From an uncultured Chlamydiae bacterium (GTDB lineage: Bacteria > Chlamydiota > Chlamydiia > Chlamydiales > SM23-39): a DNA stretch of 56,181 bases. The position numbers and the translations under genes are program-made. The stretch covers positions 1 through 56,181 of the forward strand of contig CALBPE010000013.1 of NCBI GenBank assembly GCA_937899275.1. The letters run 5' to 3'. How positions within the stretch are numbered: the first letter of the stretch is position 1; every line of letters begins with the position of its first letter. Shown in pieces: positions 1 to 8,858 of this stretch. The notes under the pieces were generated by a model, which saw nothing but the letters and a program-made list of their open reading frames with translations, had not been told where the DNA came from and did not search any database.

Positions 1-2
1 CC

Positions 3-437
3 CATCAAGATGCGCCTGCATGTCCTGCTATTGGATGTAGCGGTAAAATCCTTCCTAGAAAATCCCGCTTTGGAAAAGTATTTTTTTCCTGCAGCACATT
101 TCCCGATTGCGACGTCATCGTCAATCAACTAGAAGATCTACACACAAAATACCCCAACCACCAGCGAACCCCCTACACGAAAAAGGGGAAAAAAGGAGGC
201 TTTGGAGGAAAACAAACCGCATCAAAAGAGCTAAAAGATCTTCTAGGAGAAAAAGAACTATCAAGAGCAGAAGCGACAAAAAAAATCTGGCAGTACATTA
301 AAGAGCACAACCTACAAAATCCAGAAAATAAACGGCTCATTACTCCCGATGAAAAACTCGCGAAAGTCTTTGGATCTTCTGCAGCGGTCGATATGATGCA
401 AATACCAAAAATTTTGAGTCAGCATCTAGGCAAATAA
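3..437 (+). CDS. topA: DNA topoisomerase I, C-terminal fragment (C4 zinc ribbon + SWIB/MDM2 domain); 5' end lies outside the window
   Basis: The frame is open from the window edge to TAA at 435-437. The translation contains CPAIGCSGKI...FFSCSTFPDC (topo I-type zinc ribbon), then KELKDLLGEKELSRAEATKKIWQYIKEHNLQNPENKRLITPDEKLAKVFG (SWIB signature). It is absent from the ORF track because there is no in-window Met. Confidence 0.75.
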   Translation, partial: HQDAPACPAIGCSGKILPRKSRFGKVFFSCSTFPDCDVIVNQLEDLHTKYPNHQRTPYTKKGKKGGFGGKQTASKELKDLLGEKELSRAEATKKIWQYIKEHNLQNPENKRLITPDEKLAKVFGSSAAVDMMQIPKILSQHLGK

Positions 438-441
438 TTCT

Positions 442-1479
442 TCATACAGGGATATTTTCAGAGTTTTTTGGAAAGAGTCGATTTTTTTTCCTATGAGCAC
501 CCTGCTTTTTTTCGGCTATAAAAAAACAGTTTTCCGCATCTACTATCACTAAGTTTTCTACGCCCAAGGTATAAATAGGTTTGTCTTTTGCAAAAATAAG
601 ACAAGAAGAGCTATTTTCTGCGTGTACATTGCCTTGTAAAATATTTTGATTTTCATCCTTTTGTAACGCATCGTAAAGCCTATCCCAAGAACCTACATCT
701 GACCAGTAACAATCTAGCCTTTTGACGATGAGAGAGACATTTTTTTCCAATAAAGCGCAGTCGATCGATTGGGAGGAAAAGCTAGTAAATGCAGCTTCTA
801 GGGCTTTCGTACCTTGCAAAACCCCTTTGTAGAGTAAAGGCGTGTGCTTTTCCATCAGATGGTAGCAGTATGCTACAGGTAAAAGGATCATGCCTGTATT
901 CCAAAGGTATGTTTTAGAAGCAAGATAGTTTTTTGCGTTTTTCAGTGAGGGCTTTTCATGAAATTTCTCCACAGAAAAAAAAGATCCTTCATAACTTAGC
1001 GCATGCTTTAGTTCGATATAACCGTAATCGGTTTCTGGATATAAAGGAGCTGCCCCCAAAAGACCGATGGTATCTTTTGGCAGCTGTTTTTCTAAGGAGA
1101 CAACCGCTTTTTCCAGCTCTTGTATTGGAGATAAAAAATGATCAGAAGGTGTAATAAAAAGAGAGGAGACCGCAATTTTTTGTTCCCGTAAAAAAGCCAG
1201 AACATAAGCTAAAGCGGCCATAGTATTTCTAGATTCAGGCTCTATAATCACCGTGCATTTATCTCTCATATGCTGCGGGATTTGCTTTTCTATAATGCGT
1301 TTGTAGCGCCTATTTGTAGCAATATAAATCCGTTGAAAAAACGGGGAAGAAAAACGGATGAGCGTCTCGGTAAAAAGTGATGCACCTTCGCCTAATGAAA
1401 GAAACTGTTTGGGATAACTTTTTTGAGATAGGGGCCATAATCTAAGACCTTGGCCGCCTGCTAAAATCAATACATCCAT
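442..1479 (-). CDS. manC: Mannose-1-phosphate guanylyltransferase-like nucleotidyltransferase
   Basis: 345-aa ORF. The N-terminal MDVLILAGGQGLRLWPLS...PKQFL matches the sugar-1-P nucleotidyltransferase G-rich loop typical of ManC/CpsB. Confidence 0.7.
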   Translation of the reverse strand: MDVLILAGGQGLRLWPLSQKSYPKQFLSLGEGASLFTETLIRFSSPFFQRIYIATNRRYKRIIEKQIPQHMRDKCTVIIEPESRNTMAALAYVLAFLREQKIAVSSLFITPSDHFLSPIQELEKAVVSLEKQLPKDTIGLLGAAPLYPETDYGYIELKHALSYEGSFFSVEKFHEKPSLKNAKNYLASKTYLWNTGMILLPVAYCYHLMEKHTPLLYKGVLQGTKALEAAFTSFSSQSIDCALLEKNVSLIVKRLDCYWSDVGSWDRLYDALQKDENQNILQGNVHAENSSSCLIFAKDKPIYTLGVENLVIVDAENCFFIAEKKQGAHRKKNRLFPKNSENIPV

Positions 1480-1481
1480 AG

Positions 1482-2606
1482 CTAACTAGAAGAAAATGCG
1501 TTTTTATACGTATCGATTTGCTTTGCAAACTCTTTTTGGAAACGCTCTTTACTAAACTTCTGCGCATGTTGGTGCACAGTTTGATAATCAAAGGAACAGG
1601 TTTCAAAACGCTGGACTGCTTTTTGGATGCTTTCGGGCGTCTGCTCACCAAAAAAGATCCCTGTTTTTCCCTCGACTACTGTTTCTCTTGCGCCCCCTTT
1701 GCCGTAGGCAATAACAGGGGTTCCTGTGCTCATAGCTTCAACAGGAGCAATGCCAAAGTCTTCTAAGGCGGCAAAGATAAACCCTTTTGCTTTTTGCAAA
1801 TAAGTGCGGAGCTTAAGGCGATCTACCCATCCTACAAGAGACACATTAGGCAATTTTTTCCGAAGGACTTTTTTCCTTTCGGGACCTTCACCAATCAAAA
1901 TCAACCTAGCATGAGGTAAATGGCGAAATGCTTCTGCAATCACATCCATTTTTTTATACGGAACAAAACGAGAAGCGCTCACATAGTAGTCCTGTTTTTC
2001 AGGTTCATAGGTGAAGTATTGAGTATCTACCGGGGGATAAATGACAACAGCTTTTCTCTGGTAGGTTTTTTCAATTCTTTTGGCAACATAGTTAGAAATA
2101 GCAATGAAATGATCTACTCTAGAAGATGCGCTATAATCCCATGTCCTTAAGTAGTGTAAAATCAGCATTGCGAAAAACCGTCGAATCGGTTTTTTTGATA
2201 AATAATCATGGATATAATCGTGGTATAAATCCCAAGCATAACGCATAGGCGTAAAGCAGTAACAGATATGCATCTGTCCAGGAAGGGTAAGCGCGCCTTT
2301 GGCGCAGCAGTGGGATACCGATAACACACAATCATAAGAACGGAGATCAAACTGCTCTACTGCAAGGGGAAATAACGGCAAAAGTTTGCCATGTTTTTTA
2401 TAACGAAAAAGGAGCTTTTGCAAAAAAGAGGTGCGCACTTTATCGGGGGAAAGGCTTGTTTTTGCAAGAACTTTTTTATCGGCAAGTAGTGTGTAAATAG
2501 TTGTGGGGTAGATTTCATCAATCGCTTCCACTACTTTTTCGCCGCCGCCCAGTGCAATCAACCAATCGTAGACCATAGCGATTTTCAAAATCGTTCCTTT
2601 GTACAT
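1482..2606 (-). CDS. Glycosyltransferase, GT4 (group 1) family
   Basis: 374-aa ORF. The C-terminal half carries a GT-B/GT4 signature (FIFAALEDFGIAPVEAMSTGTPVIAYGKGGARETV). It lies 2 nt from the manC-like gene. Confidence 0.75.
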   Translation of the reverse strand: MYKGTILKIAMVYDWLIALGGGEKVVEAIDEIYPTTIYTLLADKKVLAKTSLSPDKVRTSFLQKLLFRYKKHGKLLPLFPLAVEQFDLRSYDCVLSVSHCCAKGALTLPGQMHICYCFTPMRYAWDLYHDYIHDYLSKKPIRRFFAMLILHYLRTWDYSASSRVDHFIAISNYVAKRIEKTYQRKAVVIYPPVDTQYFTYEPEKQDYYVSASRFVPYKKMDVIAEAFRHLPHARLILIGEGPERKKVLRKKLPNVSLVGWVDRLKLRTYLQKAKGFIFAALEDFGIAPVEAMSTGTPVIAYGKGGARETVVEGKTGIFFGEQTPESIQKAVQRFETCSFDYQTVHQHAQKFSKERFQKEFAKQIDTYKNAFSSS

Positions 2607-2669
2607 TCTAATGCGATAAAAAACTACTATGCGCGATCGTGGGGAAAATTTCTAGGAAGTTGTGTAGTC

Positions 2670-4454
2670 TTAAGAAAAATAGGGCGTTTTATCTGCCCTA
2701 TTTTGTGAATACCAAAGCGTTTGATACATCCCTTCTTTCATAACAAGCTCTTCGTGCGTTCCTTGCTGTACAACGGTTCCCCCATCCACTACGTAGATCC
2801 TATCTGCATGGGTGATTGTCGATAGCTTATGAGCAATAGCAACCATTGTAATAGAGCCTTTTAATTGCAAAAAAGCGCGCTGTATCCACTCTTCAGAAAG
2901 GGGGTCTAAACTACTGGTAGGCTCATCTAAAAGGAGAATATCTGGTTTTTTCAAAAGAGCTCTTGCAATCGCGATTTTCTGTTTCTCTCCTCCCGATAAA
3001 ACGCTGCCTTTTTCACCTACTCGGGTGTGATATCCCAGAGGAAACTTCTGGATCATTGCATCGATACCAAGGTCTTTACAAAGCGTTTGCACATCGAAGA
3101 TTGTCGCCTGCGTTTCTTCAAAGCAGATATTTTCTTTAATGGTCCCATCAAACAAAATCGGCTGCTGTGATACAACACCGAATCGCTTTTTCCATGAAGA
3201 TAATTGGTAAGACGAGCTTTCTATATGATCTGCTAACACTTTCCCACTTGACGGTTCATACAGGCGGAGAAGAAGATCAAATATCGAGGATTTACCAGCC
3301 CCACTTTTTCCCACGATAGCGGTAAAGCTATTTTGTACAAAAGACATAGAAAGATTCGATAATACCTCTTTTTTCGTTTCAGGATAGGTGAAACGCACCC
3401 GATCCAATCTGAAAGATTGCGGAGGCTCTAAAAGCTTGTTGTCTTTTGCTTTTTGTTTATAAGGATCTTTATCTGAGAAAAATGCGGCAAAGCGCTGTAA
3501 AGAACCTGAAGAAGATACAATCAAAGCAAGCGACTGGGCAATGATCGGTAATTTCTGCGCAAAACGGTAGCTAAGACCAATAAAAGCTGCTAAAAGAGCA
3601 AAAGAGATTGTTCCATGAATACTTGCCGCTAGTACAAGAACACCTACATGCAACATACCGATTAGCTCGAAAGAATACATCAAACAGGCGTTCCAAATGT
3701 TTACCGACTTTAGCTTAGGATAAAGCGCGTCGATATCCCGGTACGCTTTTTCCCGAAAAGAGCGCTCATTTCCCCAGATATGCATTAAGCGAAGTGTATG
3801 TACATGACCTGCAAAAGATGCGTCCATAAAGGCAGATGTTTGGCTATATTCATGCGATTTTTTTCCCGTTTTTTTGCTGACAAAACGGTATAAAACGGCG
3901 ATCAACGAAAAATCGACCAGAGTAACTGCCGTTAAAAAAGGAGATACCTGCAGCATAAACCCTAAAAGGACGAGAAAAAAAACCGCTGCATTGATCAATG
4001 CATGCATATGTATAAACAACTGGGGAAAGGATCGAGAAGGAAAAGAAAGCATCTCTAGGATCTCTCCTGTATTTTTTCTTGCAGCAAACGGAAAAGAAAA
4101 GGAAAAAAACTGGCTAAGAGCCTTTTTATGCTGGTTGGATTGTAGCCGCGCTGCCATTTTAGCAAAAATATAGGCTGAGCTAAACACCCCAATAGCTCGA
4201 AATACCTGCAATAAAATCGAGGTAAAAAGGGGATAAAGAAAAGGGGCTTTTGCACCGTTCCACTGTCCAAAAGAAGGCGCCTCGCTTTCAAATAGCTCCA
4301 TCGCTTTATACACGTATTGAAAACTCATTCCCTCGCAAAACGCCGCAAAAAGCGTACATGTAAAAAATGCTAGACAAAAAGGCCAGTAGATCCGTTTTTG
4401 CATGCAATAGGCAAGCTGACGAAAAAACCCTGTTGATCTTATCTTATCTCGCAT
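2670..4454 (-). CDS. ABC exporter, fused permease/ATPase (MsbA-like)
   Basis: 594-aa ORF. The N-terminal part has about six hydrophobic segments. Walker A GKSGAGKSS, ABC signature LSGGEKQKIAIARAL and Walker B ILLLDEPTS are present. Confidence 0.85.
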   Translation of the reverse strand: MRDKIRSTGFFRQLAYCMQKRIYWPFCLAFFTCTLFAAFCEGMSFQYVYKAMELFESEAPSFGQWNGAKAPFLYPLFTSILLQVFRAIGVFSSAYIFAKMAARLQSNQHKKALSQFFSFSFPFAARKNTGEILEMLSFPSRSFPQLFIHMHALINAAVFFLVLLGFMLQVSPFLTAVTLVDFSLIAVLYRFVSKKTGKKSHEYSQTSAFMDASFAGHVHTLRLMHIWGNERSFREKAYRDIDALYPKLKSVNIWNACLMYSFELIGMLHVGVLVLAASIHGTISFALLAAFIGLSYRFAQKLPIIAQSLALIVSSSGSLQRFAAFFSDKDPYKQKAKDNKLLEPPQSFRLDRVRFTYPETKKEVLSNLSMSFVQNSFTAIVGKSGAGKSSIFDLLLRLYEPSSGKVLADHIESSSYQLSSWKKRFGVVSQQPILFDGTIKENICFEETQATIFDVQTLCKDLGIDAMIQKFPLGYHTRVGEKGSVLSGGEKQKIAIARALLKKPDILLLDEPTSSLDPLSEEWIQRAFLQLKGSITMVAIAHKLSTITHADRIYVVDGGTVVQQGTHEELVMKEGMYQTLWYSQNRADKTPYFS

Positions 4455-4463
4455 ACTTGCCTC

Positions 4464-6449
4464 TCACGATACGATTTCCAAACTCTGGTAATACCGAATC
4501 AAATCCCGAAAGCGGGCTGCATCTTCATAGCGCAGTTCTTTGGCAGCTTTTTGCATTTCTTCTTTACATTCCTGAATTTTCCGTTCAATTTCTTGTATAT
4601 TTCCATGAAAACTAGGAAGTTTTTCCTCGGCAGATAGCTCTTTTGGAGCTACGCCAAAAGTTTCTTCTAAAGAAACCGCTGAGCTTTTGGTCGTGGTTTG
4701 AGGCGTAATACCAAAACGGGCATTGTGCTTTTGCTGCTCTTCTCTTCTTTTATGTGTAATGGAAAGAGCGCTTTCCATCGCTTTTGTCCGTTTATCGCCG
4801 TACATAATCACGCGGCCATCTACGTTTCTTGCCGCCCTTCCACAAGTTTGGATAAGGGCCGTTTCACTGCGTAAAAATCCCTCTTTATCGGCATCTAAAA
4901 TCATCACTAAAGCCACTTCTGGAATATCTAACCCCTCTCTTAAAAGGTTGATGCCGACAAGCACATCAAAAGTGCCGAGTCTAAGGGCTTTAATGATCTC
5001 GATTCTTTCTAAGGTATCGATATCAGAGTGGATGTATTTTGCTTTTACACCAATTTCCAAAAGGTATTTGCTAAGATCTTCCGCTAGTTTTTTTGTCAGG
5101 GTAGTGACAAGAACGCGGCGGTTTTTTGCGGTTTCTTTATGGATTTCTTCTAAAGCGTCATCGACTTGATTTCCCGCTTTACGCACTTCAATGATAGGAT
5201 CTAATAATCCTGTAGGGCGGATGATTTGCTGGACTAATTGCCCCTTTGCCTCTTCGATTTCAAAATTGCCTGGCGTAGCCGATACGTAAATGACATTATG
5301 AAAATGAGAATAGGCTTCTTCAAATTGTAAAGGGCGGTTATCTAAAGCAGAAGGCAGTCGAAAACCAAATTCCACAAGAGATCTTTTCCTGGAGCGGTCT
5401 CCGTTGTACATCGCATGCATTTGAGGAAGCGTTTGATGTGATTCATCGATAAAAAAAAGAAAATCTTTGGGAAAATAGTCTAATAAGCAAGGCGGAGCTT
5501 GCCCTTCTGCCCTCTGGCTAAAGTGGCGGGAATAGTTTTCAATACCTTTACAAAATCCAATTTCTTTAATCATTTCTAGATCGTATTTTGTCCGCTCTAA
5601 AATCCTTTGTTTTTCTAACAGGCGATTTTCTTTTTCGAAATAACCAGCCCTTTCCTGCAGCTCTTTTTCGATGGTATATACGGCTTTTTCTCGGATTTCT
5701 TCTGGCGTCACATAGTGCGATCCAGGATAAATATGCAGCGTTTCTATATTGCCCTTTACCTTGCCCGTTAGGGGATCGATTTCCTGGATTCTTTCGATTT
5801 CATCGCCAAAAAATAAGATGCGGTACGCTGCATCTTCTTCATAAGCAGGCACGATATCTACCATATCCCCCCGCACCCTAAATGTTCCTCTCGCAAGGGT
5901 GTAATCATTTCTTTTATAGTGCATTTCAATGAGGTGAAGGAGCATTTTGTCGCGCATGAGGCGCTTTCCTACCGATAGCTCCAAAAGCATCTTAGCGTAG
6001 TGTTCTGGAGAGCCTAAGCCGTAGATACAAGAAATGGATGCGACAATGATCACATCTTTTCTTTCCATTAAAGAACGCGTAGCGGAAAGGCGCATCCTTT
6101 CCACCTGCTCATTGATCGCTAAATCTTTTTCTATATAGGTATCGGTTCTAGCAATGTAGGCTTCTGGTTGGTAGTAATCGTAATAAGATACAAAATATTC
6201 GACAGCGTTTTCAGGAAAAAACCCAGAAAATTCTTGATAGAGCTGGGCAGCAAGCGTCTTATTATGGGCTAAGATGAGCGTAGGTCTCTGCATTTTTTGT
6301 ATTACATTGGCCATGGTAAAGGTTTTTCCTGACCCGGTAATCCCTAAGAGCACCTGCGCGCTTTTGCCTTCCTTCAATCCTTGGCAAAGAGCTTGGATCG
6401 CTTTTGGCTGATCTCCTTTAGGAGAAAAAGAAGAAGAAAGTTGAAACAT
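4464..6449 (-). CDS. uvrB: Excinuclease ABC subunit B
   Basis: 661-aa ORF with GITGSGKTFT, FVSYYDYYQPEAY and a C-terminal UVR domain (ELRYEDAARFRDLI). Confidence 0.97.
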   Translation of the reverse strand: MFQLSSSFSPKGDQPKAIQALCQGLKEGKSAQVLLGITGSGKTFTMANVIQKMQRPTLILAHNKTLAAQLYQEFSGFFPENAVEYFVSYYDYYQPEAYIARTDTYIEKDLAINEQVERMRLSATRSLMERKDVIIVASISCIYGLGSPEHYAKMLLELSVGKRLMRDKMLLHLIEMHYKRNDYTLARGTFRVRGDMVDIVPAYEEDAAYRILFFGDEIERIQEIDPLTGKVKGNIETLHIYPGSHYVTPEEIREKAVYTIEKELQERAGYFEKENRLLEKQRILERTKYDLEMIKEIGFCKGIENYSRHFSQRAEGQAPPCLLDYFPKDFLFFIDESHQTLPQMHAMYNGDRSRKRSLVEFGFRLPSALDNRPLQFEEAYSHFHNVIYVSATPGNFEIEEAKGQLVQQIIRPTGLLDPIIEVRKAGNQVDDALEEIHKETAKNRRVLVTTLTKKLAEDLSKYLLEIGVKAKYIHSDIDTLERIEIIKALRLGTFDVLVGINLLREGLDIPEVALVMILDADKEGFLRSETALIQTCGRAARNVDGRVIMYGDKRTKAMESALSITHKRREEQQKHNARFGITPQTTTKSSAVSLEETFGVAPKELSAEEKLPSFHGNIQEIERKIQECKEEMQKAAKELRYEDAARFRDLIRYYQSLEIVS

Positions 6450-6450
6450 A

Positions 6451-7662
6451 TTACTGCATATACCTAGTTAGCATCGCTGCAAAATAGCCGTTTTCCTGTA
6501 AAACCGCCAGTACTATGATAGCGGAAAAAACCCCCAAAAGTACAAATAAATAGGCTTTTTTACACAAAGATTGATAAGAGGGAAGCCGAAAAGCCATTAA
6601 GGTGGGATAAATGCCGAGTAAGATCGCAACAAAAATTGCGGCATATTCTAAAGCAGCGATAAACGCTTTAGGATACACTAGGACAAAAAGTAGAGGAGGG
6701 AAAAACGTCAAAAGTAGCGAACAAATTTTTCGATAGGTAGCGCTTTTTAAAGAAAGTCCATCGGATAAAAAGTCGGACAAACTCAAAGACACCCCGAGAA
6801 AAGAGGTCAAAATTGCAAAAAAAGAAAAAGAAAAAGCAGCGATTTTCACCCAAGGGCTTTGTATGATGCTAGAGATGATATTCGTGATCGACTCTGCATG
6901 AATCCAGGCGGTTTGAAAGCTGTTTTTTCCCTGCAAAGGAATGCTTCCTAATGTGACCAATTCCCAAAGAATATAAACAATGAGCGCAAGAAAACTGCCT
7001 AGAAAAATCACCCTTCTTAGCTGCACTTTATCTCCTGACAAATAGGTAGATAAAGTAGGAATCACAATATGAAAACCAAATGAAGTCAAAATCACTGGAA
7101 TCGCTATTGGCATCAGCTGCGCATCTTCGTGCTGTAAAAGCTGCAAATCCATTTCGGGGAAAATTCCCATAAGTAAAGCGATATAACACAAGACTAGAGC
7201 GCTCATAAACACCCTATTGATCCAATCACAAGACCTCGTACCGAAGTAGAGAAAAAAAGAAAATAGCCCGACAAGAACCGAGGCAATCATCTCTTTTTTC
7301 ACGGAAATAGCTAAAAAGCTCTGTAGAAAAAACCCCAAAGTAGAGCTTGCTCCTGCAATATACGCAGCCGTTAAAGAATAGAGAAGCAACAGATAAAGCG
7401 CCCAGCAAAGGATCTTGGCAGGTTTTCCCAGCATTTTTTCTGACATAGTGAGTAAATTCGTCTGCACCCCGGCAAATAGATGAACATCTAAAAAAATCCA
7501 TGCAGTAGATAACATGCACGCCCACACAAAGATCAGCAAAAATAGTATAGGAAAAAAACCAGAAAATGCATTGGTAGTAGGCATAGCTAGCATACCTGCT
7601 CCAATTGTTGTCCCAGCCACAAGAAAACAGGCGCCAAAAAAACGGCTAATAGATGCGCTCAT
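6451..7662 (-). CDS. tyrP: Aromatic amino acid (Tyr/Trp) permease, HAAAP family, copy 2
   Basis: The ORF track starts at 7731, but the likely start is Met24 (MSASISRFFGACFLVAGTTIGAGMLAMP). That start overlaps the upstream stop as ATGA at 7659-7662. The protein is polytopic and paralogous to the adjacent gene. Confidence 0.8.
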   Translation of the reverse strand: MSASISRFFGACFLVAGTTIGAGMLAMPTTNAFSGFFPILFLLIFVWACMLSTAWIFLDVHLFAGVQTNLLTMSEKMLGKPAKILCWALYLLLLYSLTAAYIAGASSTLGFFLQSFLAISVKKEMIASVLVGLFSFFLYFGTRSCDWINRVFMSALVLCYIALLMGIFPEMDLQLLQHEDAQLMPIAIPVILTSFGFHIVIPTLSTYLSGDKVQLRRVIFLGSFLALIVYILWELVTLGSIPLQGKNSFQTAWIHAESITNIISSIIQSPWVKIAAFSFSFFAILTSFLGVSLSLSDFLSDGLSLKSATYRKICSLLLTFFPPLLFVLVYPKAFIAALEYAAIFVAILLGIYPTLMAFRLPSYQSLCKKAYLFVLLGVFSAIIVLAVLQENGYFAAMLTRYMQ

Positions 7663-8858
7663 GAGATAGCGTTCCAAGTAGCATAGATTTGCTGCAACAA
7701 AACAAAAATGGCGAAAAAAGCAGCGAGACATAGAGAAGCTTTACCTCCCCAAACCTGGTAAGAAGAAGATAGCTTATTTTTATAGCGACCAGACCAAACG
7801 GCAAGTATAGGAAATATACCAAATAATATGACGGCGCAGATCCCCCCTGCAAATCCAATTGCCTGATAAAAAATATGGGGGTAGCTAACCGCAAATACTA
7901 AAGGGGGTACAAGAGTTATGAGGGTAAGACAAAACCGCCATAAAGGGGTAAAAGACCATTGCAAACCATCTTCTAGAAAATGCATGAGGGTCAGGCTTTG
8001 CGCTAAAAAAGAGGTAACGATCGCAAAAAAAGCAAAGCCCTTAGCAAAAGGGCCAATAAATGGAAAATTAAGAGCCACACTTGCCTCTTGTCCTTTGGAA
8101 TAGATCGCATAAATGCCGTTTGAACCTGCAAAAGGAACAAGCCCCATCAAAAGAAGCTGCCATAGCGCGTAGACAAAAAACACAAGAGCGCTTCCTCCAA
8201 GGATCGTTTTTCTAACTCTAAGCCAATCTTCGTCTAAATAATCGCTTAAAGAAGGGATCATATTTTGAAACCCAAATGAAAGGACTAAAACAGGAAGAGA
8301 TAACACAAGATACGAAACATCCATGTGTTGCAGATAAGAGAGTTCCACTTGGGGAAGGCCGATACCGACCATAGCGAAAAAACAGACACCTAAGCCTGCC
8401 ATCAAAAACCGATTACATACATCGGCAATCCCTGTTCCTAAAAATACGATGATGCCAAAAAAAAAGACAAAAGATGCGCTCACGAAACTTTCTGGAATCG
8501 GTAGTCCTAAACTGCGATCGAGCCATGTAGATAAGATCTGGCCGCTTGCAGAAATGTAGGCGACTAAAAGCGAGTAAAATAAAAATAGGTAAAAACAAAA
8601 ACAGAGGGTTTTTGCTTTTTTACCAAGAGCTATTTCCATCATAGAGAGTAAATTGACTCTTTTGGAAAACCAAGAATTCATCTCCAAAAGTAAAAGAGAG
8701 GTAAATGTCATAAATGCGCAAGCAAGAGCTAATAGCGCCATAGAGGGGAAAAAACCAGCCAGGCCTGTAACAATAGGAAGAGCTAACATACCTGCGCCAA
8801 TGCAGCTTCCAGAGACAAGGAGCATGCCTCCGAAAAGGCGGTAATGCTGGATTTTCAT
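7659..8858 (-). CDS. tyrP: Aromatic amino acid (Tyr/Trp) permease, HAAAP family, copy 1
   Basis: 399-aa polytopic ORF with LLVSGSCIGAGMLALP, the motif typical of TyrP/Mtr/TnaB. It has an ATGA overlap with the thyX stop at 8855-8858. Confidence 0.8.
   Translation of the reverse strand: MKIQHYRLFGGMLLVSGSCIGAGMLALPIVTGLAGFFPSMALLALACAFMTFTSLLLLEMNSWFSKRVNLLSMMEIALGKKAKTLCFCFYLFLFYSLLVAYISASGQILSTWLDRSLGLPIPESFVSASFVFFFGIIVFLGTGIADVCNRFLMAGLGVCFFAMVGIGLPQVELSYLQHMDVSYLVLSLPVLVLSFGFQNMIPSLSDYLDEDWLRVRKTILGGSALVFFVYALWQLLLMGLVPFAGSNGIYAIYSKGQEASVALNFPFIGPFAKGFAFFAIVTSFLAQSLTLMHFLEDGLQWSFTPLWRFCLTLITLVPPLVFAVSYPHIFYQAIGFAGGICAVILFGIFPILAVWSGRYKNKLSSSYQVWGGKASLCLAAFFAIFVLLQQIYATWNAIS

Noticed and set aside
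107-301. 64-aa highly basic ORF (MRRHRQSTRRS...)
   Set aside because: It lies entirely inside the topA-SWIB reading frame in a different frame. Its Arg/Lys-rich low-complexity composition is typical of an out-of-frame read of A-rich coding DNA.
4723-5169. 148-aa ORF antisense to uvrB (similar antisense ORFs occur inside thyX, greA, parA, the MFS gene, recB, rpoD and others)
   Set aside because: All lie wholly within strongly supported genes on the opposite strand and lack motifs. They are the usual shadow ORFs.
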